DNA of 40,824 bases from a virus (lineage: Duplodnaviria > Heunggongvirae > Uroviricota > Caudoviricetes): positions 1 through 40,824 of the IMG/VR virus record IMGVR_UViG_2563366969_000004; one strand, written 5' to 3'. The notes under the pieces were generated by a model, which saw nothing but the letters and a program-made list of their open reading frames with translations, made no database searches and had not been told where the DNA came from. Numbering within the stretch: position 1 is the first letter of the stretch; each line of letters begins with the position of its first letter. Positions 17,963 to 27,308 of the stretch are shown in pieces. The position numbers and the translations under genes were made by a program.

Positions 17963-20433
17963 CAGAATCCCCCAACAGTAAGGCGAGGAATAACGGCAAG
18001 AACAGACAGCGGCAACGGATCAAGCTGACGGATTTTTACACGTCCGTTTTTGCCCCAGTTACTGTCCAGTTTCACTTCTACTTTTCCGGTAGCATCATCA
18101 ACAGGATCATCGTAGAACTCGAATTCACGCTGTGGATATTCGTACCATTTACCGCCAGGCGTAGTCGCCCAGATGCCGCGGCTGGCATTCACAACCAGAG
18201 TAACGGAGGGGATCACCTGTTTTTTGTCCAGCAGCGTTTCCTGTCCGTTAATGTTGATATCCAGTGTTTCGAATTCAGCAGTTATTGGCAGGCCGATGTG
18301 CACAACAGCCCCAGGTGATTCCAGCGTGACGGCACCTCCGGAAACCACTTTCTGTGGTTCCACGTTCGCATCAGAGAGAATGTTTACGGTCTGGCCTTCA
18401 AGATGAGACAGGCCTCCAAATGTCCGGCGCGCCATCTGCCAGTTCGTGGTGGCCACATTCCTGAGGGATGGCGGGACGTTCCTGTTAGCACGAACCACTA
18501 CAGCGGTGTTGCTGGTTACAGAAATAATGTCGCAACGTAATTCTTTTGACACCTCATCGCCAGTATCAGGATCAGTTCCGGTATAAGGGAACTGTAGTTG
18601 CGCGCCGACATCACTACTGGTGAAGTACGCACCACCAGAAACACTGATTGTATATTCCGCGCGGTAATCCCATTCGCCAGAACCACCAGTGATGATCATC
18701 GTTCTGTCAGACGTATTTCTTCCATCATAGCTAAGGCCAGAATCAACAAAGAAAGCATCTTCATCGCTGGTAAATAAACGGCTGGACAGTCGCTCGATGT
18801 ATCTCACTGTTTGCCCGTTAACGGTTCGGTTAACGACGAAATACACCGCATCTTCATTGCCTTCGCTGATACTGCATGTGCTTTCATATTTTCCGGTACT
18901 GGATTGTGGTGCCCATGCAAAAACCTGCTGATCACGCAAATAGGTCATCACCAGTAATTTACCGTCATCACGAATGCAGAAGGCACTGGAGTAAGGGACA
19001 ATCGAGAAGCACCAGTCAACAATGCTGTGCTTCTGAAAAAGATGATTGGCAAGGATGGTCAGGTCGTTCCCCTGATAGCCGTCAACATCGAATGAGTAGG
19101 CCAGATCACGGACAACGCTGCCTTTCTCCTGGACGAACAGAGCAATATTCGCCACGGCAATTGGCGGGACGTTGCTTGAGCCATTTGATCCCTGAGAGCT
19201 GAATGCAAATGATGATGGGGTTAACACTTTGTTCTGGTCGCCGGTGATGACGTACTCACCTCCGGAAGTCAGTGCCACCAGCGAACCGACATCAATCAGG
19301 TGGCGGATCTCATTAACCTGACGCCCGGCATAGGTGTAGATAATTCTGTCGTCATCCTGCGTAGGATTGCTTTTGCCAAAATCCTTATAATCCCCGGTAC
19401 GGCTGGCCCAGATAGTCTGAGGAAACGCAGTCGATGCGGCGAAGTAAAGACGTTGTTGATAATAAACAACAGTGCCAGGATAACCATTAACACTGTTCCA
19501 GGCATATTTAGCCCATTTATAGCTGGCATTATCCTCGCCCACGACCTGCGAAGGGATATAGGAAATCACCTCGGCAGTTGCAGTAGTTCCATTTGCAGCA
19601 GTGATACGGGCAATGCCAAAACCACTGTGCAGATATTCCCACTCAATGCCAGTATCATCATCACCGGATCCGCCCCAGCCATCCCATGATGTGCCTTCTG
19701 TATGCGAAGGGCGCAAAGTACCTGTTTTGCCTACTGTAACGGCGCGATAGTAGTTACTGTCTGCACGGCGAATATCGCCAATCGACGTACTCTTACTGGT
19801 TTCCCATACCGGCACAGAATCCACTGCAGGCTGTTCCAGATAGAACAATTTGCCTACCTGCTCCGCGCCAAAAATAGAGGCGCTTGCCGTTAGCGTAATT
19901 GTCCCGGTGCTGGCGCTGGCATAAACCGTCACTGACTCGTCAATATTGATATCTTCAAATGGCCCGTTCTTCGTTACCACATCAACCAGTTGCCAGTTGT
20001 CATGCGCATAGCGGCGCAACTCTTTCGGCGGGTATGCCGGATGAACCAGCGTAAGCACGTCTGCGCTTTGCGTGAATTTAATTCGGAACAGATCGGCTTC
20101 AGTATATGGCGTGGCAATTTCATAAATAACATTGCTGCTGTTCAGCACCAACGCACCATCTTTGATAACGCGCATGTACTGGTGTCCAAACTCCAGAGCA
20201 TAAGTCTGAACCGTCGAGAACTGGAACGGGATCAGGCGGCATTTCCGATTTGGGTATTTGGCGGCACCGACAAAACGCGTACCAGGTCGATTCTCAACGC
20301 CGCCATACTGCCGCACGATAAAGTTATCGCACTTGCGCAATGCCACCTGGTACTTAGCCATGTCAATACGCCCGTACAACGACGGTCCAATCTCACCACC
20401 GGCAAAGCTGGGCTGGATCCAACTGATAGCCAT
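17962..20433 (-). CDS. Tail tubular protein B-like (T7 gp12-like nozzle / tail hub)
   Basis: 823 aa; N-terminal QPSFAGGEIGPS... resembles the conserved start of T7 gp12-family proteins; follows gp11-like gene. Confidence 0.6.
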   Translation of the reverse strand: MAISWIQPSFAGGEIGPSLYGRIDMAKYQVALRKCDNFIVRQYGGVENRPGTRFVGAAKYPNRKCRLIPFQFSTVQTYALEFGHQYMRVIKDGALVLNSSNVIYEIATPYTEADLFRIKFTQSADVLTLVHPAYPPKELRRYAHDNWQLVDVVTKNGPFEDINIDESVTVYASASTGTITLTASASIFGAEQVGKLFYLEQPAVDSVPVWETSKSTSIGDIRRADSNYYRAVTVGKTGTLRPSHTEGTSWDGWGGSGDDDTGIEWEYLHSGFGIARITAANGTTATAEVISYIPSQVVGEDNASYKWAKYAWNSVNGYPGTVVYYQQRLYFAASTAFPQTIWASRTGDYKDFGKSNPTQDDDRIIYTYAGRQVNEIRHLIDVGSLVALTSGGEYVITGDQNKVLTPSSFAFSSQGSNGSSNVPPIAVANIALFVQEKGSVVRDLAYSFDVDGYQGNDLTILANHLFQKHSIVDWCFSIVPYSSAFCIRDDGKLLVMTYLRDQQVFAWAPQSSTGKYESTCSISEGNEDAVYFVVNRTVNGQTVRYIERLSSRLFTSDEDAFFVDSGLSYDGRNTSDRTMIITGGSGEWDYRAEYTISVSGGAYFTSSDVGAQLQFPYTGTDPDTGDEVSKELRCDIISVTSNTAVVVRANRNVPPSLRNVATTNWQMARRTFGGLSHLEGQTVNILSDANVEPQKVVSGGAVTLESPGAVVHIGLPITAEFETLDININGQETLLDKKQVIPSVTLVVNASRGIWATTPGGKWYEYPQREFEFYDDPVDDATGKVEVKLDSNWGKNGRVKIRQLDPLPLSVLAVIPRLTVGGF

Positions 20434-21038
20434 CAGGACAACCTCGCAATGGTAAACTCATCAACCGGTGGCTGTGGTTCCTGTGATTCATTCTGGCTAT
20501 GCGAGCCAGCACTAAGAATCACGCGATTGTACATATTGAGGGCAAACGTACCGAGGTCTTCATTCCCAGTCAGCGCCATGTTAATAGCTGCCGCAAGACG
20601 CCAGGCCAACGCCTCCATAAAAATGGCATCAAACATGTTCACATCTGAAACGCGAGAGACATACTTGAGCCATGCCTGAGGCTGGTCTGTGTAGATCAAC
20701 TTTCCTGTTCCGTTGGTGTCTGCACCAACTTCGTACTGAACGCGCATTGCTGCTGTTGGATTGCGTACACCAGGAAGCATAATTTCAGTAATGCGCAGAC
20801 AATCGGACGGGTACTGATACGCATATTCCCAGTCAGGCGGTGGATTGCTCGTATCTGCAAGCGCCACGCGTTTGGTAGCAAAGTTCCAGTCAAAATCAGA
20901 AAGCACAGCATCACGGCAGGCCTCAAAGTGCAGCGAACATTCCCCCGCTTCCTTGCTGGCTTCCGTCAGGCTGTTAATGCTGCGGCTATTGCCAATATTG
21001 GACAGCGCACGATTGCAGATCTCTACTACAGAGGCCAT
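20433..21038 (-). CDS. Tail tubular protein A-like / head-tail adaptor
   Basis: 201 aa, immediately upstream of gp12-like gene; size as T7 gp11. Confidence 0.5.
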   Translation of the reverse strand: MASVVEICNRALSNIGNSRSINSLTEASKEAGECSLHFEACRDAVLSDFDWNFATKRVALADTSNPPPDWEYAYQYPSDCLRITEIMLPGVRNPTAAMRVQYEVGADTNGTGKLIYTDQPQAWLKYVSRVSDVNMFDAIFMEALAWRLAAAINMALTGNEDLGTFALNMYNRVILSAGSHSQNESQEPQPPVDEFTIARLS

Positions 21039-21361
21039 TACTCACCCCCATTGCCGTACAGGGTTTCAGCCGCTGATTTTTCTACATCCCCGGAAACAGG
21101 AGCGATCGCCATATCAGTGATCTGCAGATCGGCGCTGCGATTAACACCATCGTCAGTTTCTCTGGCAGACAGGCCTCGAATAACAGCTTTTGCAGTTATC
21201 ATCACTTCTGTTCCGACGCCCTGAGGTTGCGCCTTCAGCTTATTCAATGTGTCGTTATTAAGAGTGATGCACAGCCCCCACGGGTATTCATCGCGAGTTC
21301 TGGTTTCTCCGCTCTCATCCTGGTAGCTGTCAGTGCCGGTTTTGAGGTTTACGAGTTCCAT
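21038..21361 (-). CDS. Virion-associated hypothetical protein
   Basis: ATG 21359..21361 (complement) with SD AGGAG; 107 aa. Confidence 0.45.
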   Translation of the reverse strand: MELVNLKTGTDSYQDESGETRTRDEYPWGLCITLNNDTLNKLKAQPQGVGTEVMITAKAVIRGLSARETDDGVNRSADLQITDMAIAPVSGDVEKSAAETLYGNGGE

Positions 21362-21411
21362 ATACACTCCTGCAATAAAGGGGCCGAAGCCCCTTGTCGG
21401 ATTCGCGAGGC

Positions 21412-21747
21412 TTACACGCCTAGTTCTTTACGCTTATCTGCGATCTTCTCGCGGAGCGTTTCGGCTTTAGCGTTATGGTGTGGCTTCTCGTTAAAGAGCA
21501 ATTCGTACTCTTCACGGAGCTTATCCAGTTCACCATCATCTGACACATCGTTGATGATTTTGGTGCTGGTTGCTGCCATTGACACCTTTCCTGCAACTTT
21601 TGCTTTTGCCTGTCTGGCTGCATCGTTAACAGGTTCCAGTGCGCTACCAGGCTCACCTTCGTATTCGATTTCTGCCCCCTCCGGCCACAGAGTGTTATGG
21701 ATATGAGAGAGGCGCAGAACGCGGTATCTTGGTTTCTCACCTGACAT
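21412..21747 (-). CDS. Virion-associated hypothetical protein
   Basis: ATG 21745..21747 (complement) with SD AAGGTGA; 111 aa; followed by hairpin GGGGC-cgaa-GCCCC. Confidence 0.45.
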   Translation of the reverse strand: MSGEKPRYRVLRLSHIHNTLWPEGAEIEYEGEPGSALEPVNDAARQAKAKVAGKVSMAATSTKIINDVSDDGELDKLREEYELLFNEKPHHNAKAETLREKIADKRKELGV

Positions 21748-21757
21748 CAATATCACC

Positions 21758-22195
21758 TTAACCAGTTACTTTTGAGCGGATCGGATACGGCGTATTGGCA
21801 TCAACATCAAGATTGATACCCGCAGTGAATTTGCCAGCCGTTAGTGGGCCAGTTGCGACGGAGTAGTTAACACGCAGATATCGCTGAACACCGGCTGGCA
21901 CCTTTGCAGAAACAACTCGCTTACCTGCTGTCAGGGTGGCCTTTGCCAGTGCGCCACTATCATAAATAGTGGACCATGAGCTGTTATTCTCACTCGTCTG
22001 CAACTGGATGTTTACAGTTGCCTCACCACTTGCCGTGGCGGCTTCGTTAATCAGCACCCAAAACTCAAGCGGATAACCCACGCCGATATCGCGACGGTTT
22101 CCATCAATTGGACCGAGATCGATTACGTCAGTAGAAGCCGCGGTATTCGTAACCGCCTGAGCTTCGGAGAACATCAACAGTTTGTCGGTGATCAT
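21758..22195 (-). CDS. Capsid decoration / accessory capsid protein candidate
   Basis: 145 aa, Thr/Ser/Ala-rich beta-type composition, directly after major capsid gene with SD GGAGAAAG. Confidence 0.5.
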   Translation of the reverse strand: MITDKLLMFSEAQAVTNTAASTDVIDLGPIDGNRRDIGVGYPLEFWVLINEAATASGEATVNIQLQTSENNSSWSTIYDSGALAKATLTAGKRVVSAKVPAGVQRYLRVNYSVATGPLTAGKFTAGINLDVDANTPYPIRSKVTG

Positions 22196-22246
22196 CTTCT
22201 TTCTCCATTAGTGGGTCTGTTACGACCCACAGGTTAATAACAGGCG

Positions 22247-23239
22247 TTACACCACGCGGGCTTCTGTTTCCAGAAGCGCATCAGTTTCACGGATTGGTAC
22301 ACCACGGAATGAAGTCCACCACTCGCCTTCAGTCTCTTTTACGCTGATAGCCAGAGATGTTTTCTCCAGAGATTGCAGATCAAGAGCCTGGCCTACAGTG
22401 CGGTTCATGTAGAACACCGGGCGGCCCATGCCACGGTTTGGAATGCGATGCAGTGCCTTAACCATCAACTTGGCAATATTTGCGGCAGAGGATGGTTCTG
22501 AAAGATTGCTGACATCGATGTTTGCAATGCGAACAACATAACGCCAGTCACGCAGAGCAAGTCCGTTGTCCCATTTGTAATGGGTGCGATAACCTTCGTA
22601 CTTGCCGCCATTAGCATCTTCCAGTGTCACCTGGCCTTTATCTTCCATCTGGATGCCAGCCTTCTTCCCTTTCGGGAAGATGCCATGCACGGTGTTTTCG
22701 CCCCACACCACTAACCAGATTGAGGTGTTATCTGTACCCGTGCCACCAGCATCAATGATGTTCTGAGCATTACCTGCAGACAGGCTGGAATAGCGGGAGG
22801 ACAGTCCCATAAACTGCTGAGGGTTAACGCTGGAATCACCATAAAACAGCGTCTGCGCCATCTGCTGATTCATCGCTTCAATAAATGCGCGGTCTTCAGA
22901 CAGGCGGAATTCAGCGGTATTGCCGTTCAGATCAGCCAGTGACTTATCGACTTCAGCATAGGTTTCCAGCATGCCAACGGAATCGGTTACCTGCACTGTG
23001 GTTGATTTGCTTGGCTGTACGCCATAGTTCAGCAAACGCCAGGTAGCTGAAGGTAAACCAGAACGAATGGTGGTTCGGTGTCCGGTAGGAAGGTTCCCTT
23101 CGACAAAGGGCATATCCTGAAGGATCGGGTTAGTTTGACCGAGAAGCTCGATAATCTTATCGACTTTCCCGTTTGGATCGACGCGCTTACCCCAGTCAGC
23201 CAGCGTTAGCGCAGTTAAGCCTTTAACAGCCATTGTCAT
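22247..23239 (-). CDS. Major capsid protein
   Basis: 330 aa, between scaffold and decoration genes; position and size typical of podovirus HK97-fold coat proteins. Confidence 0.7.
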   Translation of the reverse strand: MTMAVKGLTALTLADWGKRVDPNGKVDKIIELLGQTNPILQDMPFVEGNLPTGHRTTIRSGLPSATWRLLNYGVQPSKSTTVQVTDSVGMLETYAEVDKSLADLNGNTAEFRLSEDRAFIEAMNQQMAQTLFYGDSSVNPQQFMGLSSRYSSLSAGNAQNIIDAGGTGTDNTSIWLVVWGENTVHGIFPKGKKAGIQMEDKGQVTLEDANGGKYEGYRTHYKWDNGLALRDWRYVVRIANIDVSNLSEPSSAANIAKLMVKALHRIPNRGMGRPVFYMNRTVGQALDLQSLEKTSLAISVKETEGEWWTSFRGVPIRETDALLETEARVV

Positions 23240-23247
23240 TTCCTCTC

Positions 23248-23949
23248 TTATTTGCCATAGAGCACTTCGGCCGCACTACGCTGGCCTTCATTACCACCGG
23301 TGACCATGCCATCTTCAGACATCGCCTTTCCGATTTTCACGAACGTTTTGACCAGATCAGGGTGATTACCCAGCCCGGTGGTGTTCAGATATTCTTTGAG
23401 CTCGGGTGTCCCGAACTGGTCAAGCGCACGCTGTGCGGCGCTAAGGTTAGAAATCAACTTGTCGCCACCAATTTCTTTGTCAGCTTTTACATCAGCAGCC
23501 CACTGCTCGGTTGTTTTCTGCCAGGCTTCTGCCTGGCGCTGCTGCACACCTGCCAGAATCTTCGGATAAGCATCAACCAGCTTTTGCGCTTGCTCGTTGG
23601 TCAGGTTTAGTTCTCGCGCCACCGGCTCGAATTCCTTCAACGCTTCTGTATCCAGCTCTACGCCTTCGGCAGCCTGAAACTCGTACTTCTCAGGCGCACC
23701 CTCTGGTTTATCGCCGCCCTTTTTTTCATCCTGCTTATCGTTTTCAGGCTTTTTGTCATCAGCAGGTTTATCGCCATCAGAAACAGGTTGTGGCTTATCA
23801 CCTTCCTGTTGTGATGGATCACCAACTGGAGCAGGGTTATCACCTGCAGGCGCTGACGGTTCTGACGCAGCCGGAGCTGCTCCACCATCGACTGGTTGCT
23901 CATTGCAAAGACGGCGATACAGCAAACGCTCAAATAAATTCATGATCAC
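23248..23949 (-). CDS. Scaffolding protein
   Basis: Acidic, Pro/Ala/Glu/Lys-rich low-complexity N-half, helical C-half; between portal and capsid genes. Confidence 0.6.
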   Translation of the reverse strand: MIMNLFERLLYRRLCNEQPVDGGAAPAASEPSAPAGDNPAPVGDPSQQEGDKPQPVSDGDKPADDKKPENDKQDEKKGGDKPEGAPEKYEFQAAEGVELDTEALKEFEPVARELNLTNEQAQKLVDAYPKILAGVQQRQAEAWQKTTEQWAADVKADKEIGGDKLISNLSAAQRALDQFGTPELKEYLNTTGLGNHPDLVKTFVKIGKAMSEDGMVTGGNEGQRSAAEVLYGK

Positions 23950-24242
23950 TCCTGTTCACTGGCCTCTTTGGCCATCTTCAAATACTGTTCAGGGCAATGC
24001 GCCATAACGCGCTGAAACAGTTCCAGCGCCAGATTGCGTTGCCCCTCATTAAATGCCATTGCCATAGCATCCATCGGAGAGATAGCGGAAAACACCCGGC
24101 CTTTCTCCAGCACCGACCAGACAACGCGACGCCCCTGTTCACTGCTCATGACAAAGCGAATGTCATCAATTTCACGCTGTGCCATGTCACGTTGCTTACG
24201 GGCGTTTTCTTCTTTCAGTTGATCGTCTTCGTAATCTGTCAT
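23946..24242 (-). CDS. Hypothetical protein in head module
   Basis: 98 aa, acidic, translationally coupled between portal and scaffold. Confidence 0.5.
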   Translation of the reverse strand: MTDYEDDQLKEENARKQRDMAQREIDDIRFVMSSEQGRRVVWSVLEKGRVFSAISPMDAMAMAFNEGQRNLALELFQRVMAHCPEQYLKMAKEASEQE

Positions 24243-25918
24243 TGTGATTGCCCACCCTGACCACTAACTGCATTCGCCATAGCTGACAAAACACTCGGAT
24301 CCGAAGTTTTAGCTTCGCTTAGCGTCTTGGCACCCTGTGCCGCCGCCATCCCCATCGCCATCATTTGTTGCTGCTGTTGTTGCTGTGCCCGTTGCTGGCG
24401 AGCCTGCTCAACCTGTTCCTGCGGAACAATGACGGTTGGAGACACTCCGGACATATCAGCGAATGCATCGATCGCCTGATCAACGTTGAGTTTGTCGAGA
24501 GCTTCTGGTTTCGCTTGCGCAAGTTGACCAATGAAGTTAACCGTGGACGCCAGACTGGACAGGCCGATAGACTTCTGCGCCTGAGCCATGACGGAAATGT
24601 ATTCGACCTTCAGGGGCATACCTTCCATCACGTCTGGCGGTGGCGGCAGCATGTTTTTACGCACCATCATCGAGAAAGAGCGGTCAATGAGAGGATTAAG
24701 ACATTCGTCGTTCAGGCGCTCCAGAACCGGCCCCAACATCAGAAGTTTTTCTTCTTTCATTTCGATCACCGCTTCCACAGGCATCGAGCGGGTATTGATG
24801 TTCTGCAACATCATGAACAGATCGACAAAGTAGGCGCTGTTAATGATTTGACGAGTGTCCTGAATGTCTGCCACCAAATCTGCTGTACTGGGGTTAACCA
24901 GATAAGCAGGCCTGAAACCATCCTGACCAGTAATCTGATCGATATACGTGATGTCGCCAGGAAGAAGGGAGGCGCGCTGATTCTTGAGGGAAGTCGGAGC
25001 AACCATCGGCGGATTGGTGGCTTTATCAATCAACTGCGACTTGCGCTTCTGGAGAAGCTGCAATGCCTTAACAGGTCCAAGCGCCAGCATACCCGGGCAT
25101 GATGATCCATAAACATCTTCGCCGTTAACTTCCCAGCGCGGAGCCATAATTGGAAACTCATCGAATCCGGACTCACGCAACAACTTGTCGTTATCGCCAC
25201 CAACCTCGTAATAAACCGATTTGAATGGCTTGTTCTTGCTATCCAGCTTCGATGTATCGCGGTCAATGTTCGGGTAAACCGAATGCATCACTTCAATCCA
25301 CTTCTCGTAGGTGCCGCTTTCCCACATGCTTTTTACGGATTCGCTGACGTTATTTAGCCCGAACTCCTGAACAAGCTGACGAACAGTCATAGAGAACTTG
25401 CGAAAACAGGTGTCCACACTGCCACGAGGTGAGTTAGCCAGGTAGTAACTGCCTATCGGGAATGGCATTGTGCGAATGATGTCCTCGTCATCCTCCAGCA
25501 CCGCCATTGCACCAGTGCTGTATGTGCCGAGGCTTCCGTATAACTGCGGAAGAGACTGGTAGAGATTCGACTTATTGAACATATCGTTCATGCGGTTCTG
25601 CACCGCCTCGAGCCACAACTTAACAGGACCATAATCCATCATTTCAGGATCTGGCGTAGCCAGGCGAAACCACGGACGCGCAGGGCTTGTGATGCCTGAC
25701 ATCATGCCGCTGGCGAGAGTGCGCGCCGCCATAGTCCCGGTCGAATCAATAATGCGTGTATTGCGTCGATCGTTACGGTTGACTTCAGAAGTCAGAAAGC
25801 GGGAACCACGCGGGTTGATGTAATCACTCAACTCGCGCCAGTGCGGCTCGAACGACTGACGCTCGCTTTCAAGTTGTGCGAACTGTTTGTTCAATCGCTC
25901 TTTAGTTGTTTCCGCCAT
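24239..25918 (-). CDS. Portal protein (podovirus head-to-tail connector type)
   Basis: 559 aa downstream of large terminase; poly-Gln/Ala C-terminal tail; size and position typical. Confidence 0.8.
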   Translation of the reverse strand: MAETTKERLNKQFAQLESERQSFEPHWRELSDYINPRGSRFLTSEVNRNDRRNTRIIDSTGTMAARTLASGMMSGITSPARPWFRLATPDPEMMDYGPVKLWLEAVQNRMNDMFNKSNLYQSLPQLYGSLGTYSTGAMAVLEDDEDIIRTMPFPIGSYYLANSPRGSVDTCFRKFSMTVRQLVQEFGLNNVSESVKSMWESGTYEKWIEVMHSVYPNIDRDTSKLDSKNKPFKSVYYEVGGDNDKLLRESGFDEFPIMAPRWEVNGEDVYGSSCPGMLALGPVKALQLLQKRKSQLIDKATNPPMVAPTSLKNQRASLLPGDITYIDQITGQDGFRPAYLVNPSTADLVADIQDTRQIINSAYFVDLFMMLQNINTRSMPVEAVIEMKEEKLLMLGPVLERLNDECLNPLIDRSFSMMVRKNMLPPPPDVMEGMPLKVEYISVMAQAQKSIGLSSLASTVNFIGQLAQAKPEALDKLNVDQAIDAFADMSGVSPTVIVPQEQVEQARQQRAQQQQQQQMMAMGMAAAQGAKTLSEAKTSDPSVLSAMANAVSGQGGQSQ

Positions 25919-25932
25919 TTCAATGACTCCGG

Positions 25933-26139
25933 TTACTGACCAAGCAGCGTTTTACCGCTGGTATTAGCGGTTGATGTGTCGCCCTGAGAACCGGTAAGCA
26001 GCGTAGAACTACGACCAGCAGCAGCGCGACGGCGACGTGTTTCTTCGTCGCGGGCATCAACAACGGCGGCATCCTGCTCCTGTGGTGCTGCCTGAACTTC
26101 TGGTGTTGCAGGCACTGATGGTGAGCTACCCATGCACAT
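25933..26139 (-). CDS. Small hypothetical protein upstream of portal
   Basis: 68 aa, SD GGAG 9 nt upstream of ATG; low complexity. Confidence 0.35.
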   Translation of the reverse strand: MCMGSSPSVPATPEVQAAPQEQDAAVVDARDEETRRRRAAAGRSSTLLTGSQGDTSTANTSGKTLLGQ

Positions 26140-26229
26140 ATCAATGACTCCGTACGCAATTAAATTATTACCAATTTAACCACATATGATTTATTTATCG
26201 TAGAAGGTTGACATTTAACGCGTTAATTA

Positions 26230-26244
26230 TTACCTTTCAGGTAA
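26230..26244. promoter_or_regulatory. TTACC-N5-GGTAA palindrome, copy C
   Basis: ATTACCtttcaGGTAAC; TTGACA hexamer at 26208..26213 just upstream; about 320 bp upstream of tRNA. Confidence 0.5.
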
Positions 26245-26566
26245 CCAAAGGGCTCATTCTGGTTACTAACCTGACTGGCTTGTCGTTAAATTAAACAGGT
26301 GGAGTGAGCTTTTATTTTGAGCAGTACGGCGTATGGCACATGCGCCGATAGCGGTCTGGATACGTTTAAGGGGCACCCTCCCTGGCTGTGGCAAACGAAC
26401 CAGGTAGCCGGAATGTGCAAGTCGAGCGGTTTTATTCCGCGCACGGGGATTCACCATCCCGGCGATTCGGTGTGACGCCTCGGAAGAGACGAGGGTACAA
26501 CGATGAGAGCATTTATGGAGCCGCGACAAAGTGTGGCGCCTTAACAGGCTAAGTGCTCTCAGCGTT

Positions 26567-26643
26567 GTGGCATTAGCTCAGTTGGACAGAGCAACCGCCT
26601 TCTAAGCGGTTGGTCGCAGGTTCGAATCCTGCATGCCACGCCA
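26567..26643 (+). tRNA. tRNA-Arg (anticodon UCU), phage-encoded
   Basis: Cloverleaf folded by hand: acceptor GTGGCAT/ATGCCAC, D-arm GCTC/GAGC, anticodon stem ACCGC/GCGGT with loop CTTCTAA, T-arm GCAGG-TTCGAAT-CCTGC, discriminator G and encoded CCA. Confidence 0.9.
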
Positions 26644-26686
26644 GAATCACGCCTAAGGACCGTGATGCCAGAAGTTCCAGGTGCTT

Positions 26687-26728
26687 GGCGGTGATGGTTT
26701 CCCTTGAAGGACTATCACCGCCCTTTTT
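26687..26728 (+). terminator. Long-loop hairpin with T-run downstream of tRNA
   Basis: GGCGGTGAT ... ATCACCGCC (9-bp stem, 18-nt loop) followed by CTTTTT. Confidence 0.4.
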
Positions 26729-26806
26729 ACAGCAGGACGCCATTGCGATGACTTCATGCTGTAAACCAGTACAGCCACGGAAGGCATAACTCATTGCTTC
26801 CAGTTC

Positions 26807-26829
26807 GCCCGGTTCGCCGGGCATTTTTT
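26807..26829 (+). terminator. Rho-independent terminator
   Basis: GCCCGG-ttcg-CCGGGC followed by ATTTTTT. Confidence 0.6.
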
Positions 26830-26840
26830 AAGGTGAGATC

Positions 26841-27263
26841 ATGAAGACAATTGATATGTTGGCTAAGTATCTAAATGAATGGCCATTAAAATATTCTCGT
26901 ATCGTTCAGGCTGAAGACTGCATTTTTTATGGCGTTTTTGCTGGTAATGAAATGCATTACGAAGTAATTCAGAGTGAGGGACTGGCCGGGTTAACTCTTA
27001 GCGAAGACCATGGTACTAGCGTTACGTACCATGACTGGATTTCAGCGCAGAAAACTGAAATGGAAAAAGGCAATGTGTTTGATATTTCTCGCGCTGTATA
27101 CGCCAAAGAAAAAAGTGATGATGATTACATGCGCGAAAACTTATACAACATGAAGTTACAATGCCTGGCTGAAGTGCTTAGTAAAAGATCTTTACTTGAT
27201 GTGGTTGGTGCTGAGCAGGACGCCAAGGCAATCAACGCCGCATTCGATAAAATAACCTTCTAA
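26841..27263 (+). CDS. Hypothetical protein (140 aa), moron between terminase and portal
   Basis: SD AAGGTGAG upstream of ATG; AT-rich by eye; opposite strand to flanking late genes; own terminator. Confidence 0.6.
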   Translation: MKTIDMLAKYLNEWPLKYSRIVQAEDCIFYGVFAGNEMHYEVIQSEGLAGLTLSEDHGTSVTYHDWISAQKTEMEKGNVFDISRAVYAKEKSDDDYMRENLYNMKLQCLAEVLSKRSLLDVVGAEQDAKAINAAFDKITF

Positions 27264-27267
27264 CGCC

Positions 27268-27279
27268 GTGACATGTCAC
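27268..27279. repeat. 12-bp perfect palindrome GTGACATGTCAC, copy 2
   Basis: Exact match 5 nt after stop of 26841..27263 gene and 5 nt before terminator hairpin. Confidence 0.7.
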
Positions 27280-27284
27280 AATCA

Positions 27285-27308
27285 GCCCGCCGATTCGCGG
27301 GCTTTTTT
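27285..27308 (+). terminator. Rho-independent terminator
   Basis: GCCCGC-cgattc-GCGGGC followed by T6; overlaps stop of large terminase gene. Confidence 0.65.

Noticed and set aside
19990-20679. 229-aa plus-strand ORF antisense to tail tube genes
   Set aside because: Embedded antisense in a continuous translationally coupled minus-strand operon; no start signal
24365-25102. 245-aa plus-strand ORF antisense to the portal gene
   Set aside because: His/Arg/Leu-rich low-complexity product mirroring the Gln/Ala-rich portal tail on the other strand; no RBS; fully embedded antisense
26567-26643. tRNA-Arg as the integration target (attP core)
   Set aside because: The tRNA is full length with CCA and lies 13 kb from the integrase between terminase and portal; attP normally carries only the 3-prime part of the target tRNA next to int. 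Treated as a phage-encoded tRNA
26687-26722. Lambda-operator-like half sites (ATCACCGCC and its inverse)
   Set aside because: The two halves are separated by 18 nt and form the stem of a hairpin followed by a T-run; geometry fits a terminator, not a 17-bp operator
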